From contig NMRA01000064.1 of the NCBI GenBank assembly GCA_002633005.1, positions 1,046,420 to 1,110,419 of the forward strand: a stretch of DNA of 64,000 bases, in the 5' to 3' direction. This DNA comes from Phoronis australis (lineage: Eukaryota > Animalia > Phoronida). Under the pieces are notes generated by a model. The model ran no database searches. It saw nothing but the letters and a program-made list of their open reading frames with translations, and was not told where the DNA came from. The first letter of the stretch is position 1. Every line of letters starts with the position of its first letter. This document shows, one piece after another, positions 1 to 12,200 of the stretch. Position numbers and translations under genes: made by a program.

Positions 1-241
1 CAAGCGGAAGACGATCTGAGCATATACTAACACTGGATACTTACTTCGCTTCAATATGTGTACTGAGACTTGGTGAACTTGGTGCTAAAGGGGAGTTTTC
101 TCGGGTCACGCGAATCTTGCCATGTCAAAATTATTTGTCTTGTACCTGGTCTAGCAACGTTGGTTTCAGGCAAATGCGAGTAAGATTAAAGTTAATAATC
201 GCATATCAGACAAAAAGTCACTCCTGAGAAATTATTCCCTG

Positions 242-1198
242 ATGGACAACACGGCAAATGCAGTTTCTCCAACTCCAACTCAAAACCATGAGGAGGAAAG
301 CCACGTGCGGCGGACCGTTAAGGAGAACTATGTGTATTTCCAACTTCAAGGCGTAGCGTTGCTACTGTCCTCCGTTACCTCGATCGTGCTAGCCGTCGTC
401 GTGTTTCTCCTTTTCGACAACACTCGATATTACCACGGACTATGGGGTGGACCATATACACTAGCACTTTCCATTTTGACTTTTGTTGCAATGAAGAAAA
501 GAACTCTCCGCCTAATGCGCATCCTGTTGTACGCGTCTGCATTCGGAATACTCGTAGGAATCGCTCAGTTTCTGATTAGCACCGTGGACATCAGATTCAC
601 CGTTGTCGCTAAACATGACTTTTCTGACGAAGGCGGATTAACACGCCGCGCAATCGAGATGGCCGTCAGTGGCACGATAATATTTCAGATCGTGCTCTGC
701 ATTATCAGTTGTGTCAACATCCGTAAAATATGGCGAAGGAGAGAGGAGAGGACTCAGGGACAAGTAATGACTCCACCTCCGCCAGACAGTGCAGAACCAC
801 AGCTCCCAACAAATCTGCCACCTCAGTATTACATGTGCTCCTCTTACTACGGCGGGAACCCCCAGTTCATGCCACCGTCACCACAAGTTCTCAGAATGCC
901 ACCATATCCGGGCACACAGTCGTTCACGATCACTCCGCCACCACCATACGGCTATCAGACCGGTACATATTTTCCCTCGATGCTGCCGCCATCAAATCCT
1001 GCAAGCTCACTTTCAAAATTACCAGGAAGCAGCGTTCAGCCAGGCGTGACAGCCCCGCCTCCAGGTCCTTTGGCAACCATGTCTCAACAACCAGTACCCC
1101 AATTCCAACAACCTCCACCTTCAGTAACTTCGGAAAACAACACTATTCAAAATATGACTGCGCCAACACTTCCGTCCAGTTTTCAAACAGCAAAATAA
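242..1198 (+). CDS. MS4A/CD20-like four-transmembrane protein with Pro/Tyr/Gln-rich cytoplasmic tail (318 aa, apparently single coding exon)
   Basis: Four hydrophobic segments (GVALLLSSVTSIVLAVVVFLLF; YYHGLWGGPYTLALSILTFVAM; ILLYASAFGILVGIAQFLISTV; AVSGTIIFQIVLCIISCV). The G-x-WGG motif in TM2 is typical of the CD20/MS4A family. The tail is Pro-rich with PPQY and PPPY motifs. Confidence 0.7.
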   Translation: MDNTANAVSPTPTQNHEEESHVRRTVKENYVYFQLQGVALLLSSVTSIVLAVVVFLLFDNTRYYHGLWGGPYTLALSILTFVAMKKRTLRLMRILLYASAFGILVGIAQFLISTVDIRFTVVAKHDFSDEGGLTRRAIEMAVSGTIIFQIVLCIISCVNIRKIWRRREERTQGQVMTPPPPDSAEPQLPTNLPPQYYMCSSYYGGNPQFMPPSPQVLRMPPYPGTQSFTITPPPPYGYQTGTYFPSMLPPSNPASSLSKLPGSSVQPGVTAPPPGPLATMSQQPVPQFQQPPPSVTSENNTIQNMTAPTLPSSFQTAK

Positions 1199-1399
1199 AG
1201 TGCCCGCGTCTGTGAACAACGACTCTTGGTTTGACACTCGCACTGAACTTGACGTCGTCAACTCTTTCAATTGGGAACCCATTCGTAGACGTTGAGCAAC
1301 TGACCACGAAAATGAAATCGTCAGCAAACAGGACTTCCCATTTTAAATACATTTGGAACAATGTGAAAATTCCGACGTCTAAAACGCAATTCTGGTGAA

Positions 1400-2120
1400 C
1401 TAAATATTCAATAAAAACGGTCAGTTTGGCCTGTTCTAGTTGTCATTCGCTTGAATGTGAATTGAACATGTTTACATGTTGACCAAAAAGATCTTTTTCC
1501 TCCATGCAGGCAAATACCGTTTCCTAAGGTCATCGTAGAATGTACATTCGGTAACAAAATGATATTCTGACTCGACATATGTCCTAACACAGAGAGGGCA
1601 TAACCTTTCTGGTCTGCTAAGTTTCAGGTGTCTACCCTTTTCAATCATTAGTGGATGCGCTGGATATCTTAATCTTACCATATCAGATCTAACATTTACA
1701 TTATCAATTACATCTAAATAGTTTTCAAAGCATATGTTTAACCTAAAAGTTCTGTAAGTTTCCAGCTTAAGCGAATTGTTAAAAATTTCTTGCCAATTTT
1801 GCTGATCAATATCTTTGCATCTCTGTTTAAAAAGTGATATGAAGCTTGTCTCGGAACCTTCACCCTGATTGTACCATGCTTCTCCAAAACCAAACTAAAA
1901 TAGCAATTTCTTAACACCATTAACCCAGCACGGTTTATCAACATTTTCCGTCATATTGTACTGCCATTCATAGCAATTTTTAACGCATCGGTTTTTAATA
2001 GTTTTAACCAATATCAGAGTTTCATAATTTTAGGAAGTCAGTATGCAATCAAGTCGAATAACGACCCATCTCACCTCTAACAGTTGATGAAATTGCTGTG
2101 CTAGGCAAATTTACAATACG
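1400..2120 (-). mobile_element. Degraded 3' fragment of a non-LTR retrotransposon (LINE ORF2 C-terminus)
   Basis: Minus-strand peptide pieces VRGEMGRY, YWLKLLK and IEKGRHLKLSRPERLCPLC...ESEYHFVTECTFYDDLRKRYL match the post-RT region and CCHC-type C-terminal motif of LINE ORF2. Broken by stops and frameshifts. Confidence 0.75.
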
Positions 2121-4018
2121 TATGGTTTCATGACAGCGAAAGAGATTCGAAGTGGACATTTAAACTGTATTGAGCACGAACGTTGCTTCCATTTGCAACT
2201 CTCTTGTTTCACATGATGACAACGGATAGTTTTGCGGCGAGTCACAAAATTGGGTCCTGAAATACTGCAACTTAAAGTGGCATAGAACAGAGTAAGGCAC
2301 TTTATTGAAAGTGGTTCTCTGCCTCTAAAACGGAAGTCAAACTTTTCACCAGGTATTTTTATTAATTGTTCGTAAACATTTTAATTTTCTGTTGATGTCA
2401 AAGCATTTTTCCGTTAATTTCAAATTCAAAAAGCGATCCGTCAACTGTTCGTCACTTTTTGTAGTCGACGAATATAATTCTATCAAGTGGCAAAGCGTGT
2501 CTCATTATTTGGTATGGCGTAGCACATTTCCCTGATATGGAAATTGTGACCTTCGACATTTGATGTAATGGCTATTTCAAGCATGCTCATTGGATACGAA
2601 GTCGTCCATTTCCGTGTGACATAATCATGTACATTACTTCATTGATTATCAGCTTTTGCAACGTTTTTGGCAGGTTAACCATAGTTTGGAATAAATTGAA
2701 ATAATTAGGCTATCCCGTCAAACTCCGACTAAAGGCTATGACAATCGTCTCCACGTTCAATGTATTCAGAATATGTCTTAAATACTCGAGTTTGCACCCC
2801 GAGGGTCATCACTCATATTAACAAGGTGTCCGCAGGCGTTTACCAAAAATTGCGGATAGGCGTGCTTTTTCAACAACTTTTACAGGACCCACGAAGTGTC
2901 CATTGGACCCGACGAAGCAGCCCTCGCTGAAGCTGGACATGTTAGCCTGAGATCACACAATTTTTGAATTGTAGTACCAAGGTCATGAAAACTCAAGGAC
3001 GAACTCTCCGAAAGTCGAATTGAAACCTTGTATGGAAAATTCATTAGGACAAAGTCGACTATTTCGAAAAACTAGAGAAAAATGGAGATTCGTTATGCTA
3101 CTTGTATACCGTAGCTCTTCAATTCGTAGCAAGTAGCTTTTTCAAGAGTTGTAAATGGTACGTGAGGAATTCTCAGACGGAGGAAAAGTGACCCGTTGCT
3201 GTTGAAAGTAGTCTAAGTCCGTTGGTTATAGGTTCGTACTGTACGACCAAGAAAAGCCAGAAAGCATGCCAAATGATTTTGCTTCCTCGTCATCATCGCA
3301 TTGCCTTCGTTGTCGTCTTCGTCAGCCTGGTCTTCACGTTGGCCGTCGGTGAGAGGGGCGCGCGAAACTGGCGGCTAAAGGAAACGAGGAGCGCCACAAA
3401 AGACTAGAGGGATGCACAAAATTAATGTCGAGGAATATGATGACATTAAATTGACGACGTCTGTAAGTAATAGCTTCAGATTACAATTCAGGATGCATAA
3501 TTCTTTGAGGCGATCTTCACTGTAACATAAACACCAAAGTAATCCGCGGAATGACACATAGGGGAATATGAAACACCACTGTTGCAACGCGCAGAGTATT
3601 TTCGGAATATATTTTCTCTTTTCCTCTGAAAATAAATGGACGAGACAAATTTATCAATTATACACTTTAACGTTATTGTGTAGAACGTAAAGGAGACAAA
3701 CTTATCTAATCGATGATACACGTAGTCTCGCAATATTTCCACAATTTAGACTCAATCTCGTTTTAATTATATATTAAATGGCATGGAAGCTTATCGAATA
3801 AAAGCTTCTCTGCGCTTTCAGTGAACAGAAAGAAAAATCAATTGCGTTTGTACTGGGAATGTTCATTTGTTCTAGATTTTGTCATCCCTTACAATAGAAA
3901 TATTTGCGAGAATGTGACGCGTTCACGTACGCTTGCGTCATGAGCGTTAGTACTAAGTCAAAACACCGTGTCACGCGATTTATTGCAGGCAACTAAGTTA
4001 ATTTTTTACTCCTAATGA

Positions 4019-5716
4019 ATGGAAAAGGCTCTAAAGACACAATCTAATGACGAAGAAGCTCTGAAAATGGCGTCTGAGAGACCTTCGAATCCGAAACAGA
4101 CTATCACATTGTCACATACACCGATCTCTGAAGTTCTTTCGATAGCTACAGCGTCACAAACTCTGGCCGATGAACAAAGTACGACAACGACGGCATTAAC
4201 CTCTGGAACTAAAACACATGATAAAGTCGATGAAGAATTCTCGCACTCGAAGAAAACCGAGACGACCCTCTCGCCACCACCGCATAGTCAACAAAATATG
4301 CCAATCTCGCTACAAGCCAACCAAGCTTTGGATAGCAGTCAGTCAAAAAATTTCTCTTCTCGTAATTTTCAGTCGCTAACATCTCTGCCAAATAAACCTC
4401 TTGCGGTAACACCATCGCCGGAGAAAAAACTATTGGTGTCCCCCTCAACTGTAAACGCTAAATCAGCAGATAAAGCTCTATCAACTAAGGTGTGTATGTT
4501 TTCAGATTTTTTCGTATTCGCAATCGCTGATTTTTCTTTGAAATTTCATTTCTGTCACTCTGTTTGACGAATACTTTTTCTGAAAATATTAGATAGATAT
4601 TAGTCGATTACTATGCCAGAATACAAACAATATCCTCTATATTCTAATGTATGCTCATATATACTTCAGACGGAAGAACCCAAGGACCGCGTCGACGATA
4701 CATTTTCTGTCGCCCTTTGGGCATTTCACGTGTTCTTCGGTTGCCTCATTCTCATTCTATCTATCGCCGTATTCTCTGCCTACTCCACCAAGTACTGGCA
4801 CGGTATGTGGTGTGGTCCCGTGTACATAACAACAGGCATCATCTCTCTGATAGAATGGAGGAAAAAGAGGAAACCCTTTCTTGTGGCCTTTGGCGTCACG
4901 TCCGTCGTATGTCTGATTGTTGCACTAGTTCAGCTAATACTGAGCAAGCAAGCCAACGTGGACGGCGAGATTAGCACGCTGGAGATAACCATTTTCATAG
5001 TGACCCTTCTAGAGTTGTCAACTGCTGTCTCAGGCACGTTTGCGAGTTTTTGCCTGTTACTTCAGCCCAAGAGAGCTGTACAAAAATCCAATCACCCTCT
5101 ACCGACAGTACATATTAAGCGAATACAGCGCGTGCAATACTGGAGTAAATTCAACTCTCCTCAATTGCTGCCTAGTTCACCTAGTGTTTATTACTCGCCA
5201 TTTGAAAGAACTGTGCCAAGGAGCAGACGGACTAGATCAGCCGCTACGACCAGCGAAAGGCAGACATCAAGACAAGGTGTCTCTAGTAAGATTTCACACA
5301 AATCTGGTGCAATGTTTTACCAACTTTTCAAGTCAGCCCAAACGCCCACGAGCAGACTGTTGGTACCAACTTTAGAACCACCGGAGAAGAAAACTGCATC
5401 TGCAAAAGAACTAAAATCCGCTCTTACCGGTGGAAAATCCGTTTCACACACTTCTAGTCGTTTGCAGCCACCACGAGTATCCCCTTCGAGAGACGATTCT
5501 AAGACATCCACTTTGCCTGTCAGCGAGATTGGGGCTCCCATTTCCCAGGCAACTTCAAGCAAAACCACTTCTGGTGCTAATACAACGCTTTCTGAGGCGA
5601 CTACTGTTCCCAACCCTGAAGATGTCCCATCTCTATCTCCTCGCCATGTGACAATAACGATACCTGCAAACGAACCCTCTGAACAACAAGTTTCGCAGCA
5701 TTTACAAGACTCTTAA
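4019..5716 (+). CDS. Second MS4A/CD20-like four-TM protein with long Ser/Thr-rich N- and C-terminal regions; exons 4019-4489 and 4670-5716 (~505 aa)
   Basis: A phase-0 intron AAG|GTGTGT...TTCAG|ACG joins the two ORFs in frame. TM2 YWHGMWCGPVYITTGIISL is homologous to YYHGLWGGPYTLALSILT of gene 1. Four hydrophobic segments. Confidence 0.65.
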
Positions 5717-6743
5717 GTGTTAAAATTTTTTACTGCTTGCGACACTAAATTGTAGTGTAACATATATCTGATAGAGAGTTCGGGTTAGGGTTGCTTGTAA
5801 CGAGAGAGGAATGGTTTAATTCATTTGCTTAAACTGAATATGCGCGCATCTAAACTTGCTATGACACACTTTTTGATGTTGCATGGGCGGCGCACCAGGG
5901 GGCTGGGGGTGCTATAGCCCCCCACTTTTTTCAATGCTGCGCCGATCATGTGTTGTAAGTGCAATCACAGTATCCATATTAAAATTAAAATTTATAAACC
6001 ATAAAAACTTTTCTCAAATAAGAGGAATAAAACTGCCACGTCGTCTACTTTTGGTTATAATTAGCAGAAACCGCTATCAGTAAAGTCCCGGTTTCAATGT
6101 CAACAGTAATTCGTCGGCCTCGAATTCGAGTGGTCGGAACCCTATCGAGCGATCTTCGACTAACAAATTTGGGCCCAATTAAAGCCGACTCCAGTCGAAT
6201 ACTTTGAATTGAGGTAGATGACAAACGACAGAGCTGACTGGCTCTATGACGACCACGAATTGCACAAGGCAATTTACCGTAAAAGATCGTTAAATTTATG
6301 CAACTTTTACTTTTTTAGAAAGTTTAGCCATCCAGGAGATGGTAGCTCAGTGGATGTGTCTTTCTCAGTTGAATTTTGAAACATGACCTTTGGTCTGAGG
6401 CCTCCGTCGCGTATCCGGGTTCTTTCTCTGAAAAGCCACAGTTATCAGGTACTAATGGATGACACCGATAATGGATACCCATGTTTGGTGCCGAAAAACA
6501 ATTCTGATAGTATTTCATGAACTCAAATAAGAGGAATGATTTGATTGGAAATATCCACTGCAAACAGGAATAGTTGAGAGTTTATGAAACACAATGAAGG
6601 CTTTTCTGCATTTTTGCCTAAAAGTACTTTAGGTATCAGAAAAAACGACAGCTTCAAATTTTTGTACCTGGGATATTCAAAGGGGGCAGATTATAATGAT
6701 GTCATCGCATCGTATCTTTGACTCGCTGCCGCAGTTGTCTTAA

Positions 6744-7289
6744 AGGCGAAGGCAACCTTTTTTCATGTCACTTTTAACAAAAACAAGGTCAGTTGATTAT
6801 CCCAGACATATTTTTCACTTAATTATAGCTTTTCGTAATTTAATTAATTTCTCGTCCTCTACTCCGGAAGTGACGTTTTGGGAGGCAAGAATTTCGTGCC
6901 AATTTCTTTTCATACAGTCAGACTGTGAGAGCTGTCAAGTCAGTCATTGATCAACCTCGGATGTGATAAGTTCGGTCATCGTTTGCTTTTGAGTACATCC
7001 TTCTACGCAGCAACAGCGTGGCATGTTGACTGACTCGTAAACAAAGGCAAACGACGACCGAACTTATCACAACCGAGGTAGAACAATGACTGACTCGACT
7101 GCTCTCACAGTCAGACTGTATAAAAGAAATTGGCGCGAAATTCTTGCCTCCCAAAACGTCACTTCCGGAGTAGACGACGAGTAATTAATTAAATTACGAA
7201 AAGCTGTAAATAAGTGAAAAATATGTCTGGGATAATCAATGAACCATATTTTTGCTAAAAATGACATGAAAAAAAGATTGCCTTCGCCT
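6744..7289. mobile_element. Palindromic MITE with TTAA target-site duplication (Kolobok-like termini AGG...CCT)
   Basis: ttaa|AGGCGAAGGCAACC... to ...TTGCCTTCGCCT|ttaa. The arms are reverse-complementary over more than 200 bp, which produces the mirror ORFs 6765+ and 7067-. Confidence 0.85.
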
Positions 7290-7469
7290 TTAAGTCTTTA
7301 AAGAGATCTGGAACACAATAAACAGACTAAATAGCCACTGAAACAAAATTCAACGCGCTCACAAGTTATTTTTAGGGTTTGTTTAAAGATTTTTAACTTC
7401 TGTTGATATCAAAGCATTTTCTTTTAGTTTGAAATTTCAAAAAAGCGAATTGTACAGCACTCCTTGCTT

Positions 7470-7600
7470 CAAACAACTGACTCTGGGCGCATGCGCGCAT
7501 TTATCATAAGTGGAGGGAGGTTAGAAACTCTGTGGTAACCAGCACAGAGTTTTTCCTTCACACATATTTCAAAAATAGAGATTTTTAAACTTTTTTTCTG
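7470..7600. repeat. Dispersed repeat; second copy inverted at ~15480-15615
   Basis: gcgcatgcgcgcatttatcataagtgggagggaggttagaaactctgtggtaacc matches the reverse complement of ggttaccacagagtttctaatctctctcccacttttgataaatgcgcgcatgcgc. Confidence 0.7.
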
Positions 7601-7830
7601 GAAAGTGAATTACTCTGTACCAGACGTTGTGAGACTGTACTTTGTTTAGGAATTTTTTAAGAGATACAACTTTTAAGTTCGTGCAATGGTTTTGAACGAA
7701 TAAGAAACACGCAAACCCTCTCTCTCAACTACTGGAAAAATGACTCTTAAGGCCTTGCTTACGCTACTTTCATTTCATGGAATATTCCCCATGGGCTTTT
7801 GTGTGAAGAGATTTAAAGGTGCAGTACAAA

Positions 7831-8922
7831 TCTAAACACCTCAACAAAAGTTTGGAAATTTAAGTGTTCACTCGCCCGTGTTTTTGTTATTTTTGGATCA
7901 ATTAACTCGTATTGCATACCAGTAAAAGCCCAGCCATTCCTCTTTCCACCGATATCACATTCCGTCAGTGGTTACTAACTTTGCTGCCAAAGGGGGCTTG
8001 GTCTCAAAATGAATGTTGCAAAATATCAGTGGGAGCTAAATGTCTATTCAAGTTTGAGCATTCAGGTTTTTCAATTGCAATTTACAATGCTAGGGCCCGT
8101 TTCAACAAAACTGACTTAGCTAAGACAAATCTTTAATTTTAAAATAAAAGTTAGTTTTGTCTCCAAACCATTTCAAGAAAAAGATCTTAAGCTTGACTTA
8201 AGTGTTTGACATAAACTTTGTCCTAATTTTGCCTAACTTACCGGATGTGGAAGTTTCAAAGTTTGGAAGTTGACTTAAGTAAAAATGAACTTAAGTCTGT
8301 TTCTTGGCACATGCCCGTTTCCATGGTAATAAAAACTATGAAAATTTCACAACACTTAAACATTTTATTTGTTGAACAACTGGCTAATAGACAGTAGTGA
8401 CAGTCTGACTGATAGACAACATCGACAGCCTTCTCAGTATCGGATTGACAAACCATTCGTAGTCACTACAGCAACAGGCCTTCTTGGTTCACGCTTGGCA
8501 ACGCGTTGTGGTGTCACGGCCACTCTTGAGTCAGTAAGCGCCTTAAATCAACCACAGTGGTTGTGCTGGTCACTCACGCACGTGCAGCCCGTCCCAGTTG
8601 GTTGGAATTAGGTCCCATACGTTGAAGCGTAGGGATTGCCACTGCAGGATGTCGTCTCGGGGCATTTTACCCCTTTTACGTTGTCATCAATGGTGCCGAC
8701 ACTGCTTGGCAAAACAAGGAAAATTGCCACATTCACCTTGAGACTAATCCCTCTTTCATTGGCAGCAAAGTTACTGAGCATATCAAAAATTTATTGGCAA
8801 GTGTGGTATTGTTGGAACTGAGCTTTCCATTGGTATGGAACACTGATGCTTTAAATAAACCAAAAGTAATGAAAACACGGAAGAGTGAACAAACTTTTCC
8901 AAACTTTTGTTGAGGTTGTTAG
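7831..8922. mobile_element. Old non-autonomous TIR element (~65-bp TIRs, Tc1-like) with a small nested MITE at ~8093-8316
   Basis: tctaaacacctcaacaaaagtttggaaa...gttcactc...ccgtgtttt at 7831 is the reverse complement of aaaacacggaagagtgaacaaacttttccaaacttttgttgaggttgttaga at ~8870-8922. The nested element has gggcccgtttcaacaaaactgactta / taagtctgtttcttggcacatgccc ends. Confidence 0.6.
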
Positions 8923-9213
8923 ATAATCATCCGTCAACAAGCGGAGGAATTTAAAACAATTATTTAATAAAAACTTAACTATCAGCGCTAATATCGGTTT
9001 CTGATAAGCCGGCGATAACGCTGAGCTTGCTATCAGCAGCGCCTACCCGAAAGGCATTCAAATCGTGTTTGTATCTAGGGCAGCGTCTACGATGCGTGTC
9101 AGTTAGTAGGCCTACATCTGTAGTGTAGTCGTTGAATACAATGCTTAATTTTTTCGGGGTCACAAGTGAAGTTCTCCTGGTGTTTGTGACGCATTGAAGT
9201 ATGTAAATGCAGC

Positions 9214-12200
9214 ATGGCGTGTTGCAAACAGCTTTGTGGAGTTTACTTCCTGGTACTGTTTTCTGGCGCTTTGTGTTCCAACAAACTTTTGTTTATCCTC
9301 GTCGATGGCGTTCGATGGGACTACCTCAACCCAAAGGGCTTGCAAGGCTTTGATCGCATGCAAGAACATGGAGTTCGCGCCGAATTCCTTCAACCCGTTT
9401 GGCCGAGTTCGTCGTATCCCAACTACGTGGCACTGTTAACTGGTAGGTATTGGTGCCACGTGCGTGGCAAGGGAAACTGCTTGCAAATTGCTAATGTTGT
9501 AATGTCGAGTCGATACGATCTTAGCCTGCTGAGTGATATAATCTTGTAGCAGAGTGTGCATATACCGTGGATTACTCATTGACTGATGAATGTGGCCTAT
9601 TTGGCTCTCATTCCGAAACCTTTACCCCAAAAGTGACACTGTCACCATAGGCGGATTTAGGGGGCGGCCCAGTTGGCCCCCCCCCTGGCTGCTGCAAAAA
9701 CATAAAACAGCAAGAGCGTAGGGAAATGTTGAGTTTATTAATCAATCCCGGTAATGATTATTATACGGCGAAAACAAGATTTAAATGTGTGCTGTTCGTA
9801 ACGAAACTATGGCTAAGTATTAGGCTCTCCCGCGATATCCCAGACGGCCGGCAGTGGCGCTGCGCTCTACGACTCCGTTTCCGTCGGCTGCTTTCCTGTG
9901 CAATGAAGAAAATTACTTCATTTTTTTAAAGAGAATGGAATCTGAGAGACGATGAAAAAACAGAAGCTGCTGGGAAGATGTGAATTTTAATCGAAGCCTT
10001 AGTGAATCACTCAGAAACTCATAATTCTCTCTTTGTCAAACCTTAATTTAAGACGATTTCCAAAGCAATCGCGTCATTAATGCCAACACAAAAAACGGAT
10101 TTGGTCTTTTGGGCAACTGAAGACTATTTTAAATACAACAAATTTGTTACGAACTGATTGCACAAAATATAAAAAGTGTAATAAGCATTACAAAAAGAAG
10201 TAGGTTTCGCGCGCAAACGCTGTGGACCATAAACAAGTTGGTCTCTTATTATTATGAGTGAAATCGTGGTGGTGCAGTGGTAAAGCACGCGCGCTCTATC
10301 AGCCAGGTCGTGAGTTCGACTCTGTGATAACTGCAGTTTTTCATGTTTGACACGTTCTCCGTTTTTTTCTTTTTCTTTGCCTTTTTTCTTGGATAATACT
10401 TCAGGCCAACGCTTCTCACGACCTCCCCCCATTCGGTGCTATGCGCATCTAATCAAGCTTTGCACAAATGATTTCAAACAAAATGTTGGGCCCCCTCCTT
10501 GTGATATCGTAGATCCGCCACTGGTCACTGAGACAAGACATAGGCCTACCCTCTACTGCCTGTCTTGTAGGGTGTCTGGAAAATTTTGTTGGTCAGCACA
10601 TGCCTTATAAGCTGTTGTCTCAAGAGCATTTCTTGGTAGTTTAGAACTTTTTATCAACAGTTGCAACCTCTGTAATTCACATTTACGGTATGAGAGTGGT
10701 GACGGGGTTGATCCTAAAACATCACTCACCTCTGATCCTAGTGGGCCCTAATGCCGTTTAACGAAGCTTACATGTGCAGCTAGGTAGTAACGTTGTTTTT
10801 ATACATGTACTGAAACGTTGCAAACTTACAGTCAACAGAGTGTGCTTCAGAAACCAGGGGCGGATCCAGGATTTTGAGTTGGGGGGAGGGCAGAGCACAG
10901 GTATAACCAGAATTTTGCCATAGGCACGCGCCCAGCCTAAATTGTAGGCATGCAGGGGTCTTGAATTTTAGGTTCGCGGACCTTATTAGTAAAAAGAACA
11001 AAAAAAACATAAACGGGGTTTGTTCAAGACCCATGCATTGTGCATTCGCCCCCTGAGGCCCCTGGGTGCGCGCATATACTAGTCAGCAATTCGCACCCCA
11101 AACTGCCAAATGGTATCTGGGAGAATTTTGGCGTGGGGGGCATGCCCCCCCCTAAATCCGACAATGGACACAGATGAGCCCTAAAGCAATAATATCATTT
11201 GTGTTTTATTTTTCAGGACGATACCCCGAGAATAACGGAGTCATTAGTAACTTCATGTACGATTCAAGGAGGAAGAAAATGTTCTTATTAGAAACACAAA
11301 AGTCGGACCAAGACGGATTCTGGTACGAGAGAGCGGATTTACTTTGGGTGACTGCAGCCAAGCAGGTTAGGAAAACAAAATATTCAAGTTACACATGCGT
11401 TTAAAATCAGGGGGATAATCGAACCCTTGCCACGGTGTGCAGAAATAACACTTATAACTGAGCGAGTTCTGCTTACCACGAGAACAAAATTGCTACTCTC
11501 CGTAACTCTTACCAAGTCAACCCTGTCATATTGCATGATAGAATGCGTGCGCGTGTAGTTATAGTTCAACTTGCCTTCCGACGCCGCGGGGTTCTGCGAG
11601 CGTTGTAAGAGTTCCTGTGGTAGCGCGGCATTATGGAAGTGGCTCGGAATCTGTGGGTCTCGTGACCAGGTTCCATTCCGAATACAGCCGATATTATAAA
11701 GGTGGTCAAAACCAGGTTTAAGACGTTGACCTGGTCTTCCTAAACCTTGTCTAATTTTAGACCTAACTTGGATTTCACCAACATGGTAAATAAGTCTAAG
11801 AGCCTAGTTTTGTTAGACCATGAAGCGGGTTTAAGTCACCCTACTGTGTTGATCCGGATTAACTCAACAAAGAAACTATTGAAGTGTTTCAATGAAACCT
11901 TGATCACGTGGATACACAATGGTACACAGCAGCATAATAAGTGCTGACATTTGCGAAAAAGGGCTAAAAGCTTTTCTCACGAGGAAAAATGCTCCCTCCC
12001 AGAGAAAAAGCCAATGTGATAGTCGAGAACAAGAAAATTGGTGCCAAATCAAGTCAACGTAAGCAGCAGGCTTGGAGAGATATTGATCCAGAATAAAGGC
12101 TAAAAAGAAAATTTCATCAGTGAAAAAATTGCAAAGAAAAACGGCGAGTGACCCAGTGGCAGATTTAGGATATCATGAGGAGATATTTTTCATCTCGTAT

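Noticed and set aside
730-1215. 161-aa overlapping alternative-frame ORF in MS4A-like gene 1
   Set aside because: Shadow frame of a low-complexity Pro-rich region with no recognisable motifs.
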